Below are positions 9,050-21,000 of a stretch of 64,000 nucleotides of DNA, piece by piece. The notes beneath the pieces were generated by a model, which ran no database searches, had not been told where the DNA came from, and saw only the letters and a list, made by a program, of their open reading frames with translations. This DNA comes from Laetmonice hystrix (taxonomy: Eukaryota). Within the stretch, counting starts at the first letter, position 1. Every line of letters starts with the position of its first letter. A program made the position numbers and the translations under genes. Location of the stretch: positions 28,770,001 to 28,834,000 of the forward strand of contig OZ249436.1 in NCBI GenBank assembly GCA_965235115.1, in the 5' to 3' direction.

Positions 9050-12000
9050 AATAATAATAATAGTGTACACCCAAACCGTACAATTTCAGGATCCCGTTCC
9101 TCAGTCGGAGGAACGGGATAAAAATCAACAATGATGAATTTGGTTGAGTGGTTAGAGGTAATGTCTTAGGGCCAGACAGCCGTATCATGGGGATTAGGAA
9201 GAGGGAAGGTGTTGGCTGAGTCGTTCGGGATAATGTCTTAAGGCCAGTCGGCCATATCATGGGGATTGTGAAGGGATGAAGTTGTTGGCTGAGTGGTTCG
9301 GTGTAATGTCTGAGGGCCAGTCAGCCATATCATGGGGATTGGGAAGAGGGAGGGTGTTGGCTGAGTAGTTCAGGGTAATGTCTGAGGGACAGTCAGCCAT
9401 ATCATGGGGATTGGGAAGGGGGAGGGTGTTGGCTGAGGGGTTCGGGGTAATGTCTAAGGGCAGTCAGCCATATCATGGGGATTGGGAAGAGGGAGGGTGT
9501 TGGCTGAGTGGTTTGGGGTAATGTCTAAGGGCCAGTCAGCCATATCATGGGGATTGGGTAGAGGGAGGGTGTTGGCTGAGTGGTTCGGGGTAATGTCTAA
9601 GGGCCAGTCAGCCATATCATTTGGATTGGAAAGAGGGAGGGTGTTGGCTGAGTGGTTCGGGGTACTGTCTAAGGGCCAGTCAGCCATATCATGGGGATTG
9701 GAAAGAGGGAGGGTGTTGGCTGAGTGGTTCAGGGTAATGTCTGAGGGACAGTCAGCCATATCATGGGGATTGGGAAGAGGGAGGGTGTTGGCTGAGTGGT
9801 TCGGGGTAATGTCTGAGGGCCAGTCAGCCATATCATGGGGATTGGGAAGAGGGAGGGTGTTGGCTGAGTGGTTCGGGTAAAGTCTGAGGGCCAGTCAGCT
9901 ATATCATGGGGATTGGGAAGAGGGAGGGTGTTGGCTGAGTGGTTCGGGGCAATGCTGAGGGCCAGTCAGCCATATCATGGGGATAGGGAAGAGGGAGGGT
10001 GTTGGCTGAGTGGTTCGGGGTAATGTCTAAGGGCCAGTCAGCCATATCATTGGGATTGGAAAGAGGGGGGAAGGTGTTGGCTGAGTGGTTAGGGATATCG
10101 TCACATGGCCAGTTAGCCATATTATAGGGGTTGGGAATTCGAGTCATCTTATCATCATTTATGATCATTGTCATTCCCCGTGGGGCCCGGGGAACAATAG
10201 GCCCCATTCGTTTCATCACCCTGTGGGAGTGAGTGTGGGGAAGGTGTTGGTTGTGTGGTTAGATGTAATGTCTGATGGCCAGACAGCCACAGCATGTGGA
10301 TTGGGAAGGGGATGAGATGTCGGCTAAGTGTTTGGAGGGAATGTCTGAAGACCAATCAGTCATGTCAGGGATTGGGAAGGGGGATATAGGATTGGTTGGA
10401 GGTGGTAGTATAGAAGAAAAACGAAAAATAGCCCAAAAAATCAAAAGAGAAAAAAATGAAACAAAAGTTTGTGGGTAATGGATGTCGCAGTACTGAGGTA
10501 TGTCTGCTGGGTGTTTATATCAAGGTTAATTTGATTTCGCTGTACTGGAGCGTCACTCTGGGTGGTTGGAGGTGGTAGTATAGAAGAAAAGGGGAAAAAT
10601 ACCAAAAAATCACAAAAGAAAACAATGAAAAAAAGTTTGTGGGTGTTGACCCTTCAGATGAAATATCTGCACTGTGTTACGACGCCACCCCTGCACACAT
10701 GTAATTCTTGTCTTGTTGTAACTGAATGACTATAGTAAAAATCAACAATGATGAATTTGGTTGAGTGGTTAGAGGTAATGTCTTAGGGCCAGACAGCCGT
10801 ATCATGGGGATTAGGAAGAGGGAAGGTGTTGGCTGAGTCGTTCGGGATAATGTCTTAAGGCCAGTCGGCCATATCATGGGGATTGTGAAGGGATGAAGTT
10901 GTTGGCTGAGTGGTTCGGTGTAATGTCTGAGGGCCAGTCAGCCATATCATGGGGATTGGGAAGAGGGAGGGTGTTGGCTGAGTGGTTCGGGGTAATGTCT
11001 AAGGGCAGTCAGCCATATCATGGGGATTGGGAAGAGGGAGGGTGTTGGCTGAGTGGTTCGGGTAAAGTCTGAGGGCCAGTCAGCCATATCATGGGGATTG
11101 GGAAGAGGGAGGGTGTTGGCTGAGTGGTTCGGGGTAATGGCTGAGGGACAGTCAGCCATATCATGGGGATTGGGAAGAGGGAGGGTGTTGGCTGAGTTGT
11201 TCGGGGTAATGTCTAAGGGACAGTCAGCCATATCATGGGGATTGGGTAGAGGGAGGGTGTTGGCTGAGTGGTTCGGGGTAATGTCTAAGGGCCAGTCAGC
11301 CATATCATGGGGATTGGAAAGAGGGAGGGTGTTGGCTGAGTGGTTCAGGGTAATGTCTGAGGGACAGCCAGCCATATCATGGGGATTGGGAAGAGGGAGG
11401 GTGTTGGCTGAGTGGTTCGAGGTAATGTCTGAGGGACAGTCAGCCATATCATGGGGATTGGGAAGAGGGAAGGGCCAGTCAGCCATATCATGGGGATTGG
11501 GAAGAGGGAGGGTGTTGGCTGAGTGGTTCGAGGTAATGGGTAAGGGCCAGTCAGCCATATCATGGGGATTGGGAAGAGGGAGGCTGTTGACTGAGTGGTT
11601 CGGGGTAATGTCTAAGGGCCAGTCAGCCATATCATGGGGATTGGGAAGAGGGGGGGTGTTGGCTGAGTGGTTCAGGGTAATGTCTAAGGGCCAGTCAGCC
11701 ATATCATGGGAATTGGGTAGAGGGAGGGTGTTGGCTGAGTGGTTCGGGGTAATGTCTAAGGGCCAGTCAGCCATATCATTTGGATTGGAAAGAGGGAGGG
11801 TGTTGGCTGAGTGGTTCGGGGTACTGTCTAAGGGCCAGTCAGCCATATCATGGGGATTGGAAAGAGGGAGGGTGTTGGCTGAGTGGTTCAGGGTAATGTC
11901 TGAGGGACAGTCAGCCATATCATGGGGATTGGGAAGAGGGAGGGTGTTGGCTGAGTGGTTCGGGGTAATGTCTGAGGGCCAGTCAGCCATATCATGGGGA

Positions 12001-15000
12001 TTGGGAAGAGGGAGGGTGTTGGCTGAGTGGTTCGGGTAAAGTCTGAGGGCCAGTCAGCTATATCATGGGGATTGGGAAGAGGGAGGGTGTTGGCTGAGTG
12101 GTTCGGGGCAATGCTGAGGGCCAGTCAGCCATATCATGGGGATAGGGAAGAGGGAGGGTGTTGGCTGAGTGGTTCGGGGTAATGTCTAAGGGCCAGTCAG
12201 CCATATCATTGGGATTGGAAAGAGGGGGGAAGGTGTTGGCTGAGTGGTTAGGGATATCGTCACATGGCCAGTTAGCCATATTATAGGGGTTGGGAATTCG
12301 AGTCATCTTATCATCATTTATGATCATTGTCATTCCCCGTGGGGCCCGGGGAACAATAGGCCCCATTCGTTTCATCACCCTGTGGGAGTGAGTGTGGGGA
12401 AGGTGTTGGTTGTGTGGTTAGATGTAATGTCTGATGGCCAGACAGCCACAGCATGTGGATTGGGAAGGGGATGAGATGTCGGCTAAGTGTTTGGAGGGAA
12501 TGTCTGAAGACCAATCAGTCATGTCAGGGATTGGGAAGGGGGATATAGGATTGGTTGGAGGTGGTAGTATAGAAGAAAAACGAAAAATAGCCCAAAAAAT
12601 CAAAAGAGAAAAAAATGAAACAAAAGTTTGTGGGTAATGGATGTCGCAGTACTGAGGTATGTCTGCTGGGTGTTTATATCAAGGTTAATTTGATTTCGCT
12701 GTACTGGAGCGTCACTCTGGGTGGTTGGAGGTGGTAGTATAGAAGAAAAGGGGAAAAATACCAAAAAATCACAAAAGAAAACAATGAAAAAAAGTTTGTG
12801 GGTGTTGACCCTTCAGATGAAATATCTGCACTGTGTTACGACGCCACCCCTGCACACATGTAATTCTTGTCTTGTTGTAACTGAATGACTATAGTAAAAA
12901 TCAACAATGATGAATTTGGTTGAGTGGTTAGAGGTAATGTCTTAGGGCCAGACAGCCGTATCATGGGGATTAGGAAGAGGGAAGGTGTTGGCTGAGTCGT
13001 TCGGGATAATGTCTTAAGGCCAGTCGGCCATATCATGGGGATTGTGAAGGGATGAAGTTGTTGGCTGAGTGGTTCGGTGTAATGTCTGAGGGCCAGTCAG
13101 CCATATCATGGGGATTGGGAAGAGGGAGGGTGTTGGCTGAGTGGTTCGGGGTAATGTCTAAGGGCAGTCAGCCATATCATGGGGATTGGGAAGAGGGAGG
13201 GTGTTGGCTGAGTGGTTCGGGTAAAGTCTGAGGGCCAGTCAGCCATATCATGGGGATTGGGAAGAGGGAGGGTGTTGGCTGAGTGGTTCGGGGTAATGTC
13301 TGAGGGACAGTCAGCCATATCATGGGGATTGGGAAGAGGGAGGGTGTTGGCTGAGTTGTTCGGGGTAATGTCTAAGGGACAGTCAGCCATATCATGGGGA
13401 TTGGGTAGAGGGAGGGTGTTGGCTGAGTGGTTCGGGGTAATGTCTAAGGGCCAGTCAGCCATATCATGGGGATTGGAAAGAGGGAGGGTGTTGGCTGAGT
13501 GGTTCAGGGTAATGTCTGAGGGACAGTCAGCCATATCATGGGGATTGGGAAGAGGGAGGGTGTTGGCTGAGTGGTTCGAGGTAATGTCTGAGGGACAGTC
13601 AGCCATATCATGGGGATTGGGAAGAGGGAAGGGCCAGTCAGCCATATCATGGGGATTGGGAAGAGGGAGGGTGTTGGCTGAGTGGTTCGAGGTAATGGGT
13701 AAGGGCCAGTCAGCCATATCATGGGGATTGGGAAGAGGGAGGCTGTTGACTGAGTGGTTCGGGGTAATGTCTAAGGGCCAGTCAGCCATATCATGGGGAT
13801 TGGGAAGAGGGGGGGTGTTGGCTGAGTGGTTCAGGGTAATGTCTAAGGGCCAGTCAGCCATATCATGGGAATTGGAAAGAGGGAGGGTGTTGGCTGAGTG
13901 GTTCGGGGCATTGTCTAAGGGCCAGTCAGCCATATCATGGGGATAGGGAAGAGGGAGGGTGTTGGCTGAGTGGTTCGGGGTAATGTCTGAGGGCGAGTCA
14001 GCCATATCATGGGGATTGGGAAGAGGGAGGGTGTTGGCTGAGTGGTTCGGGGTAATGTCTGAGGGACAGTAAGCCATATCATGGGGATTGGGAAGGGGGA
14101 AGGGTATTGGCTAAGTGGTTCGGGGTAATGTCTAAGGGCCAGTCAGCCATATCATGGGGATTGGGAAGAGGGAGGGTGTTGGCTAAGTGGTTTGGGGTAA
14201 TGTCTAAGGGCCAGTCAGCCATATCATGGGGATTGGGAAGAGGGAGGGTGTTGGCTGAGTGGTTCGGGGTAATGTCTAAGGGCCAGTCAGCCATATCATT
14301 TGGATTGGGAAGAGGGAGGGTGTTGGCTGAGTGGTTCGGGGTAATGTCTGAGGGACAGTCAGCCATATCATGGGGATTGGGAAGAGGGAGGGTGTTGGCT
14401 GAGTGGTTCGGGGTAATGTCTTGAGGGCCAGTCAGCCATATAATGGGGATTGGGAAGAGGGAGGGTGTTGGCTGAGTGGTTCGGGGTAATGTCTAAGGGC
14501 CATTCAGCCATATCATGGGGATTGGGAAGAGGGAGGGTGTTGGCTGAGTGGTTCGGGGCAATGTCTCAGGGCCAGTCAGCATATCATGGGGATTGGGAAG
14601 AGGGAGGGTGTTGGCTGAGTGGTTCAGGGTAATGACTGAGCGCCAGTCAGCCATATCATTGGGATTGGAAAGAGGGGGGAAGCTGTTGGCTGAGTGGTTA
14701 GGGATATCGTCACATGGCCAGTTAGCCATATTATAGGGGTTGGAAATTCGAGTCATCTTATCATCATTTATGATCATTGTCATTCCCCATGGGGCCTGGG
14801 GAACAATAGGCCCCATTCGTTTCATCACCCTGTGGGAGGGAGTGTGGGGAAGGTGTTGGTTGTGTGGATAGATGTAATGTCTGATGGCCAGACAGCCACA
14901 GCATGTGGATTGGGAAGGGGATGAGATGTCGGCTAACTTTTTGGAGGGAATGTCTGAAGACCAATTAGTCATGTCAGGGATTGGGAAGGGGGATATAGGA

Positions 15001-18000
15001 TTGGTTGGAGGTGGTAGTATAGAAGAAAAACGAAAAATAGCCCAAAAAATCAAAAGAGAAAAAAATGAAACAAAAGTTTGTGGGTAATGGATGTCGCAGT
15101 ACTGAGATATGTCTGCTGGGTGTTTATATCAAGGTTAATTTGATTTCGCTGTACTGGAGCGTCACTCTGGGTGGTTGGAGGTGGTAGTATAGAAGAAAAG
15201 GGGAAAAATACCAAAAAATCACAAAAGAAAACAATGAAAAAAAGTTTGTGGGTGTTGACACTTCAGATGAAATATCTGCACTGTGTTACGACGCCACCCC
15301 AGCAGACATGTAATTCTTGTCTTGTTGTAACTGAATGATGATGAATTTGGTTGAGTGGTTAGAGGTAATGTCTTAGGGCCAGACAGCCGTATCATGGGGA
15401 TTAGGAAGAGGGAAGGTGTTGGCTGAGACGTTCGGGATAATGTCGTAAGGCCAGTCGGCCATATCATGGGGATTGTGAAGGGATGAAGTTGTAGGCTGAG
15501 TGGTTCGGTGTAATGTCTGAGGGCCAGTCAGCCATATCATGGGGATTGGGAAGAGGGAGGGTGTTGGCTGAGTGGTTCGGGGTAATGTCTGAGGGACAGT
15601 CAGCCATATCATGGGGATTGGGAAGGGGGAGGGTGTTGGCTGAGTGGTTCGGGGTAATGTCTAAGGGCAGTCAGCCATATCATGGGGATTGGGAAGACGG
15701 AGGGTGTTGGCTGAGTGGTTTGGGGTAATGTCTAAGGGCCAGTCAGCCATATCATGGGGATTGGGAAGAGGGAGGGTGTTGGCTGAGTGGTTCGGGGTAA
15801 TGTCTAAGGGCCAGTCAGCCATATCATGGGGATTGGGTAGAGGGAGGGTGTTGGCTGAGTGGTTCGGGGTACTGTCTAAGGGCCAGTCAGCCATATCATG
15901 GGGATTGGAAAGAGGGAGGGTGTTGGCTGAGTGGTTCAGGGTAATGTCTGAGGGACAGTCAGCCATATCATGGGGATTGGGAAGAGGGAGGGTGTTGGCT
16001 GAGTGGTTCGGGGTAATGTCTGAGGGCCAGTCAGCCATATCATGGGGATTGGGAAGAGGGAGGGTGTTGGCTGAGTGGTTCGGGTAAAGTCTGAGGGCCA
16101 GTCAGCTATATCATGGGGATTGGGAAGAGGGAGGGTGTTGGCTGAGTGGTTCGGGGCAATGTCTGAGGGCCAGTCAGCCATATCATGGGGATAGGGAAGA
16201 GGGAGGGTGTTGGCTGAGTGGTTCGGGGTAATGTCTAAGGGCCAGTCAGCCATATCATGGGGATTGGGTAGAGGAAGGGTGTTGGCTGAGTGGTTCAGGG
16301 TAATGACTGAGGGCCAGTCAGCCATATCATGGGGATTGGGAAGAGGGAGGGTGTTGGCTGAGTGGTTAGGGGTAACATCTGAGGGCCAGTCAACCATATC
16401 ATTGGGATTGGAAAGAGGGGGGAAGGTGTTGGCTGAGTGGTTAGGGATATCGTCACATGGCCAGTTAGCCATATTATAGGGGTTGGGAATTCGAGTCATC
16501 TTATCATCATTTATGATCATTGTCATTCCCCGTGGGGCCCGGGGAACAATAGGCCCCATTCGTTTCATCACCCTGTGGGAGTGAGTGTGGGGAAGGTGTT
16601 AGTTGTGTGGTTAGATGTAATGTCTGATGGCCAGACAGCCACAGCATGTGGATTGGGAAGGGGATGAGATGTCGGCTAAGTGTTTGGAGGGAATGTCTGA
16701 AGACCAATCAGTCATGTCAGGGATTGGGAAGGGGGATATAGTATTGGTTGGAGGTGGTAGTATAGAAGAAAAACGAAAAATAGCCAAAAAAATCAAAAGA
16801 GAAAAAAATGAAACAAAAGTTTGTGGGTAATGGATGTCGCAGTACTGAGGTATGTCTGCTGGGTGTTTATATCAAGGTTAATTTGATTTCGCTGTACTGG
16901 AGCGTCACTCTGGGTGGTTGGAGGTGGTAGTATAGAAGAAAAGGGGAAAAATACCAAAAAATCACAAAAGAAAACAATGAAAAAAAGTTTGTGGGTGTTG
17001 ACCCTTCAGATGAAATATCTGCACTGTGTTACGACGCCACCCCTGCACACATGTAATTCTTGTCTTGTTGTAACTGAATGACTATAGTAAAAATCAACAA
17101 TGATGAATTTGGTTGAGTGGTTAGAGGTAATGTCTTAGGGCCAGACAGCCGTATCATGGGGATTAGGAAGAGGGAAGGTGATGGCTGAGTCGTTCGGGAT
17201 AATGTCTTAAGGCCAGTCGGCCATATCATGGGGATTGTGAAGGGATGAAGTTGTTGGCTGAGTGGTTCGGTGTAATGTCTGAGGGCCAGTCAGCCATATC
17301 ATGGGGATTGGGAAGAGGGAGGGTGTTGGCTGAGTGGTTCGGGGTAATGTCTGAGGGACAGTCAGCCATATCATGGGGATTGGGAAGGGGGAGGGTGTTG
17401 GCTGAGTGGTTCGGGGTAATGTCTAAGGGCAGTCAGCCATATCATGGGGATTGGGAAGAGGGAGGGTGTTGGCTGAGTGGTTTGGGGTAATGTCTAAGGG
17501 CCAGTCAGCCATATCATGGGGATTGGGTAGAGGGAGGGTGTTGGCTGAGTGGTTCGGGGTAATGTCTAAGGGCCAGTCAGCCATATCATGGGGATTGGGA
17601 AGAGGGAGGGTGTTGGCTGAGTGGTTCGGGTAAAGTCTGAGGGCCAGTCAGCCATATCATGGGGATTGGGAAGGGGGAGGGTGTTGGCTGAGTGGTTCGG
17701 GGTAATGTCTAAGGGACAGTCAGCCATATCATGGGGATTGGGAAGAGGGAGGGTGTTGGCTGAGTGGTTCGGGGTAATGTCTGAGGGCCAGTCAGCCATA
17801 TCATGGGGATTGGGAAGAGGGAGGGTGTTGGCTGAGTGGTTCAGGGTAATGTCTAAGGGCCAGTCAGCCATATCATGGGGATTGGGAAGAGGGAGGGTGT
17901 TGGCTGAGTGGTTCAGGGTAATGTCTAAGGGCCAGTCAGCCATATCATGGGGATTGGGTAGAGGGAGGGTGTTGGCTGAGTGGTTCGGGGTAATGTCTAA

Positions 18001-21000
18001 GGGCCAGTCAGCCATATCATGGGGATTGGGAAGAGGGAGGGTGTTGGCTGAGTGGTTCGGGTAAAGTCTGAGGGCCAGTCAGCCATATCATGGGGATTGG
18101 GAAGGGGGAGGGTGTTGGCTGAGTGGTTCGGGGTAATGGGTAAGGGCCAGTCAGCCATATCATGGGGATTGGGAAGAGGGAGGCTGTTGACTGAGTGGTT
18201 CGGGGTAATGTCTAAGGGCCAGTCAGCCATATCATGGGGATTGGGAAGAGGGAGGGTGTTGGCTGAGTGGTTCAGGGTAATGTCTAAGGGCCAGTCAGCC
18301 ATACCATGGGGATTGGGAAGAGGGAGGGTGTTGGCTGAGTGGTTCAGGGTAATGTCTAAGGGCCAGTCAGCCATATCATGGGGATTGGAAAGAGGGAGGG
18401 TGTTGGCTGAGTGGTTCAGGGTAATGTCTGAGGGACAGTCAGCCATATCATGGGGATTGGGAAGAGGGAGGGTGTTGGCTGAGTGGTTCGGGGTAATGTC
18501 TGAGGGCCAGTCAGCCATATCATGGGGATTGGGAAGAGGGAGGGTGTTGGCTGAGTGGTTCGGGTAAAGTCTGAGGGCCAGTCAGCTATATCATGGGGAT
18601 TGGGAAGAGGGAGGGTGTTGGCTGAGTGGTTCGGGGCAATGCTGAGGGCCAGTCAGCCATATCATGGGGATAGGGAAGAGGGAGGGTGTTGGCTGAGTGG
18701 TTCGGGGTAATGTCTAAGGGCCAGTCAGCCATATCATTGGGATTGGAAAGAGGGGGGAAGGTGTTGGCTGAGTGGTTAGGGATATCGTCACATGGCCAGT
18801 TAGCCATATTATAGGGGTTGGGAATTCGAGTCATCTTATCATCATTTATGATCATTGTCATTCCCCGTGGGGCCCGGGGAACAATAGGCCCCATTCGTTT
18901 CATCACCCTGTGGGAGTGAGTGTGGGGAAGGTGTTGGTTGTGTGGTTAGATGTAATGTCTGATGGCCAGACAGCCACAGCATGTGGATTGGGAAGGGGAT
19001 GAGATGTCGGCTAAGTGTTTGGAGGGAATGTCTGAAGACCAATCAGTCATGTCAGGGATTGGGAAGGGGGATATAGGATTGGTTGGAGGTGGTAGTATAG
19101 AAGAAAAACGAAAAATAGCCCAAAAAATCAAAAGAGAAAAAAATGAAACAAAAGTTTGTGGGTAATGGATGTCGCAGTACTGAGGTATGTCTGCTGGGTG
19201 TTTATATCAAGGTTAATTTGATTTCGCTGTACTGGAGCGTCACTCTGGGTGGTTGGAGGTGGTAGTATAGAAGAAAAGGGGGAAAATACCAAAAAATCAC
19301 AAAAGAAAACAATGAAAAAAAGTTTGTGGGTGTTGACCCTTCAGATGAAATATCTGCACTGTGTTACGACGCCACCCCTGCACACATGTAATTCTTGTCT
19401 TGTTGTAACTGAATGACTATAGTAAAAATCAACAATGATGAATTTGGTTGAGTGGTTAGAGGTAATGTCTTAGGGCCAGACAGCCGTATCATGGGGATTA
19501 GGAAGAGGGAAGGTGTTGGCTGAGTCGTTCGGGATAATGTCTTAAGGCCAGTCGGCCATATCATGGGGATTGTGAAGGGATGAAGTTGTTGGCTGAGTGG
19601 TTCGGTGTAATGTCTGAGGGCCAGTCAGCCATATCATGGGGATTGGGAAGAGGGAGGGTGTTGGCTGAGTGGTTCGGGGTAATGTCTAAGGGCAGTCAGC
19701 CATATCATGGGGATTGGGAAGAGGGAGGGTGTTGGCTGAGTGGTTCGGGTAAAGTCTGAGGGCCAGTCAGCCATATCATGGGGATTGGGAAGAGGGAGGG
19801 TGTTGGCTGAGTGGTTCGGGGTAATGTCTGAGGGACAGTCAGCCATATCATGGGGATTGGGAAGAGGGAGGGTGTTGGCTGAGTTGTTCGGGGTAATGTC
19901 TAAGGGACAGTCAGCCATATCATGGGGATTGGGTAGAGGGAGGGTGTTGGCTGAGTGGTTCGGGGTAATGTCTAAGGGCCAGTCAGCCATATCATGGGGA
20001 TTGGAAAGAGGGAGGGTGTTGGCTGAGTGGTTCAGGGTAATGTCTGAGGGACAGTCAGCCATATCATGGGGATTGGGAAGAGGGAGGGTGTTGGCTGAGT
20101 GGTTCGAGGTAATGTCTGAGGGACAGTCAGCCATATCATGGGGATTGGGAAGAGGGAAGGGCCAGTCAGCCATATCATGGGGATTGGGAAGAGGGAGGGT
20201 GTTGGCTGAGTGGTTCGAGGTAATGGGTAAGGGCCAGTCAGCCATATCATGGGGATTGGGAAGAGGGAGGCTGTTGACTGAGTGGTTCGGGGTAATGTCT
20301 AAGGGCCAGTCAGCCATATCATGGGGATTGGGAAGAGGGGGGTGTTGGCTGAGTGGTTCAGGGTAATGTCTAAGGGCCAGTCAGCCATATCATGGGAATT
20401 GGGAAGAGGGAGGGTGTTGGCTGAGTGGTTCGGGGCATTGTCTAAGGGCCAGTCAGCCATATCATGGGGATAGGGAAGAGGGAGGGTGTTGGCTGAGTGG
20501 TTCGGGGTAATGTCTGAGGGCGAGTCAGCCATATCATGGGGATTGGGAAGAGGGAGGGTGTTGGCTGAGTGGTTCGGGGTAATGTCTGAGGGACAGTAAG
20601 CCATATCATGGGGATTGGGAAGGGGGAAGGGTATTGGCTAAGTGGTTCGGGGTAATGTCTAAGGGCCAGTCAGCCATATCATGGGGATTGGGAAGAGGGA
20701 GGGTGTTGGCTAAGTGGTTTGGGGTAATGTCTAAGGGCCAGTCAGCCATATCATGGGGATTGGGAAGAGGGAGGGTGTTGGCTGAGTGGTTCGGGGTAAT
20801 GTCTAAGGGCCAGTCAGCCATATCATTTGGATTGGGAAGAGGGAGGGTGTTGGCTGAGTGGTTCGGGGTAATGTCTGAGGGACAGTCAGCCATATCATGG
20901 GGATTGGGAAGAGGGAGGGTGTTGGCTGAGTGGTTCGGGGTAATGTCTTGAGGGCCAGTCAGCCATATAATGGGGATTGGGAAGAGGGAGGGTGTTGGCT

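Larger units (their letters stand above)
5982..9119 (-). mobile_element. Non-autonomous Helentron/DINE-1-like (rolling-circle) element inserted into a spacer
   Basis: The empty site ACTATAGT|AAAAATCAAC is seen in other spacers. On the minus strand the element shows a terminal palindrome (ATCCCGTTCCTC-N5-GAGGAACGGGAT, 9091-9119), an (ATT)n microsatellite, internal tandem repeats, a subterminal inverted copy (6013-6024), a short hairpin GATTGC-N2-GCAATC (5995-6008) and a CTAG-TT end. It is inserted at a T-run. No coding capacity. Confidence 0.82.

Noticed and set aside
5981..9121. Harbinger assignment of the 3.1-kb insert based on flanking TAA
   Set aside because: It has no terminal inverted repeats. 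The subterminal repeat, hairpin and CTAG end fit Helentron-type elements better.
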